From positions 15,825,480-15,889,479 of the forward strand of contig CM121342.1 in the NCBI GenBank assembly GCA_051530055.1: 64,000 nucleotides of DNA, in the 5' to 3' direction. The translations under genes and the position numbers were made by a program. Below are positions 63,585 through 64,000 of this stretch, in pieces. Origin of the DNA: Neoechinorhynchus agilis. Taxonomy: Eukaryota; Animalia; Acanthocephala. The notes beneath the pieces are model-generated. The model did no database searches and was not told the DNA's origin. It was given only the letters and a program-made list of their open reading frames with translations. Positions within the stretch are counted from its first letter, which is position 1. Every line of letters begins with the position of its first letter.

Positions 63585-64000
63585 TATTTGAGATATTTCG
63601 CGAGGTGACCTCGCCCCGTCAGTCATCTTAAAATATGTTTTACCCATATAGGTTTTAAGCTCGAGTGCGCGGGATCGCCAAACCCGAAGTTCGGGGTCAA
63701 TTATCCGTCCATGATTTTAGTATTGATTTTTAACACGTCGCTGGCTGGGAGTTTCAAGCTAAAATTAGCTTTATTTCCTTCCATTGTGTTGAACACAGCG
63801 ATGTGTAAGGCCTCCAAAACAAGACGTCCTTTTAAGTTTTGCTCTATTTCTATAAAGTTGGTGCCACCAAAATCCGCTCGATGCTTACATGTCTCTTGAT
63901 GATTTGAGATTGCCGACGAATGCTCAAATCGACTGCAGGCTTGCTTATGTTTGTTTGTCCGTGCATTCTATATATCCCATGAGTCGGCTCAGTTTTGCCC
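63585..64000 (-). mobile_element. Penelope-like GIY-YIG 3' relic with a downstream hammerhead-like motif
   Basis: The minus frame reads NKHKQAC..FEHSSAISNHQETCKHRADF....IEIEQNLKGRLVLEALHI. It is followed by CTGACGG-G-GCGAGG-TCA-CCTCGC-GAAA-TA-TC at about 63590-63622. Confidence 0.7.

Overview
AT-rich, gene-dense nuclear DNA from an invertebrate animal. Most introns are short (about 37-60 nt) GT-AG, and the proteins are strongly diverged. No bacterial-type system, CRISPR array or rRNA was seen. Genes recognised by eye from motifs are MRPL46, a GDP-fucose transporter (SLC35C1), CDT1, a histidine acid phosphatase, SRP68, FCHo, an atypical ammonium transporter, a PTH2-like protein, a multi-PLAT (LOXHD1-like) protein, an Mcr/TEP6-type macroglobulin and a possible KANSL1. 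The dominant structure is an 8.7-kb inverted duplication (32598-41303 and 54547-63253) around a 13.2-kb spacer. Its core is nearly identical, both edges are more diverged, and the inner breakpoint cuts the Mcr gene. Repeats include a 114-bp satellite (about 38 copies), a roughly 430-bp tandem array, Penelope, CRE, L2/CR1 and Gypsy relics, several minimal hammerhead-ribozyme-like motifs, and a small dispersed element that combines terminal inverted repeats with a tRNA-like Pol III core. Three conserved genes have a junction with no straightforward GT-AG intron of normal size. All assignments are by-eye alignments from memory, and no searches were run.
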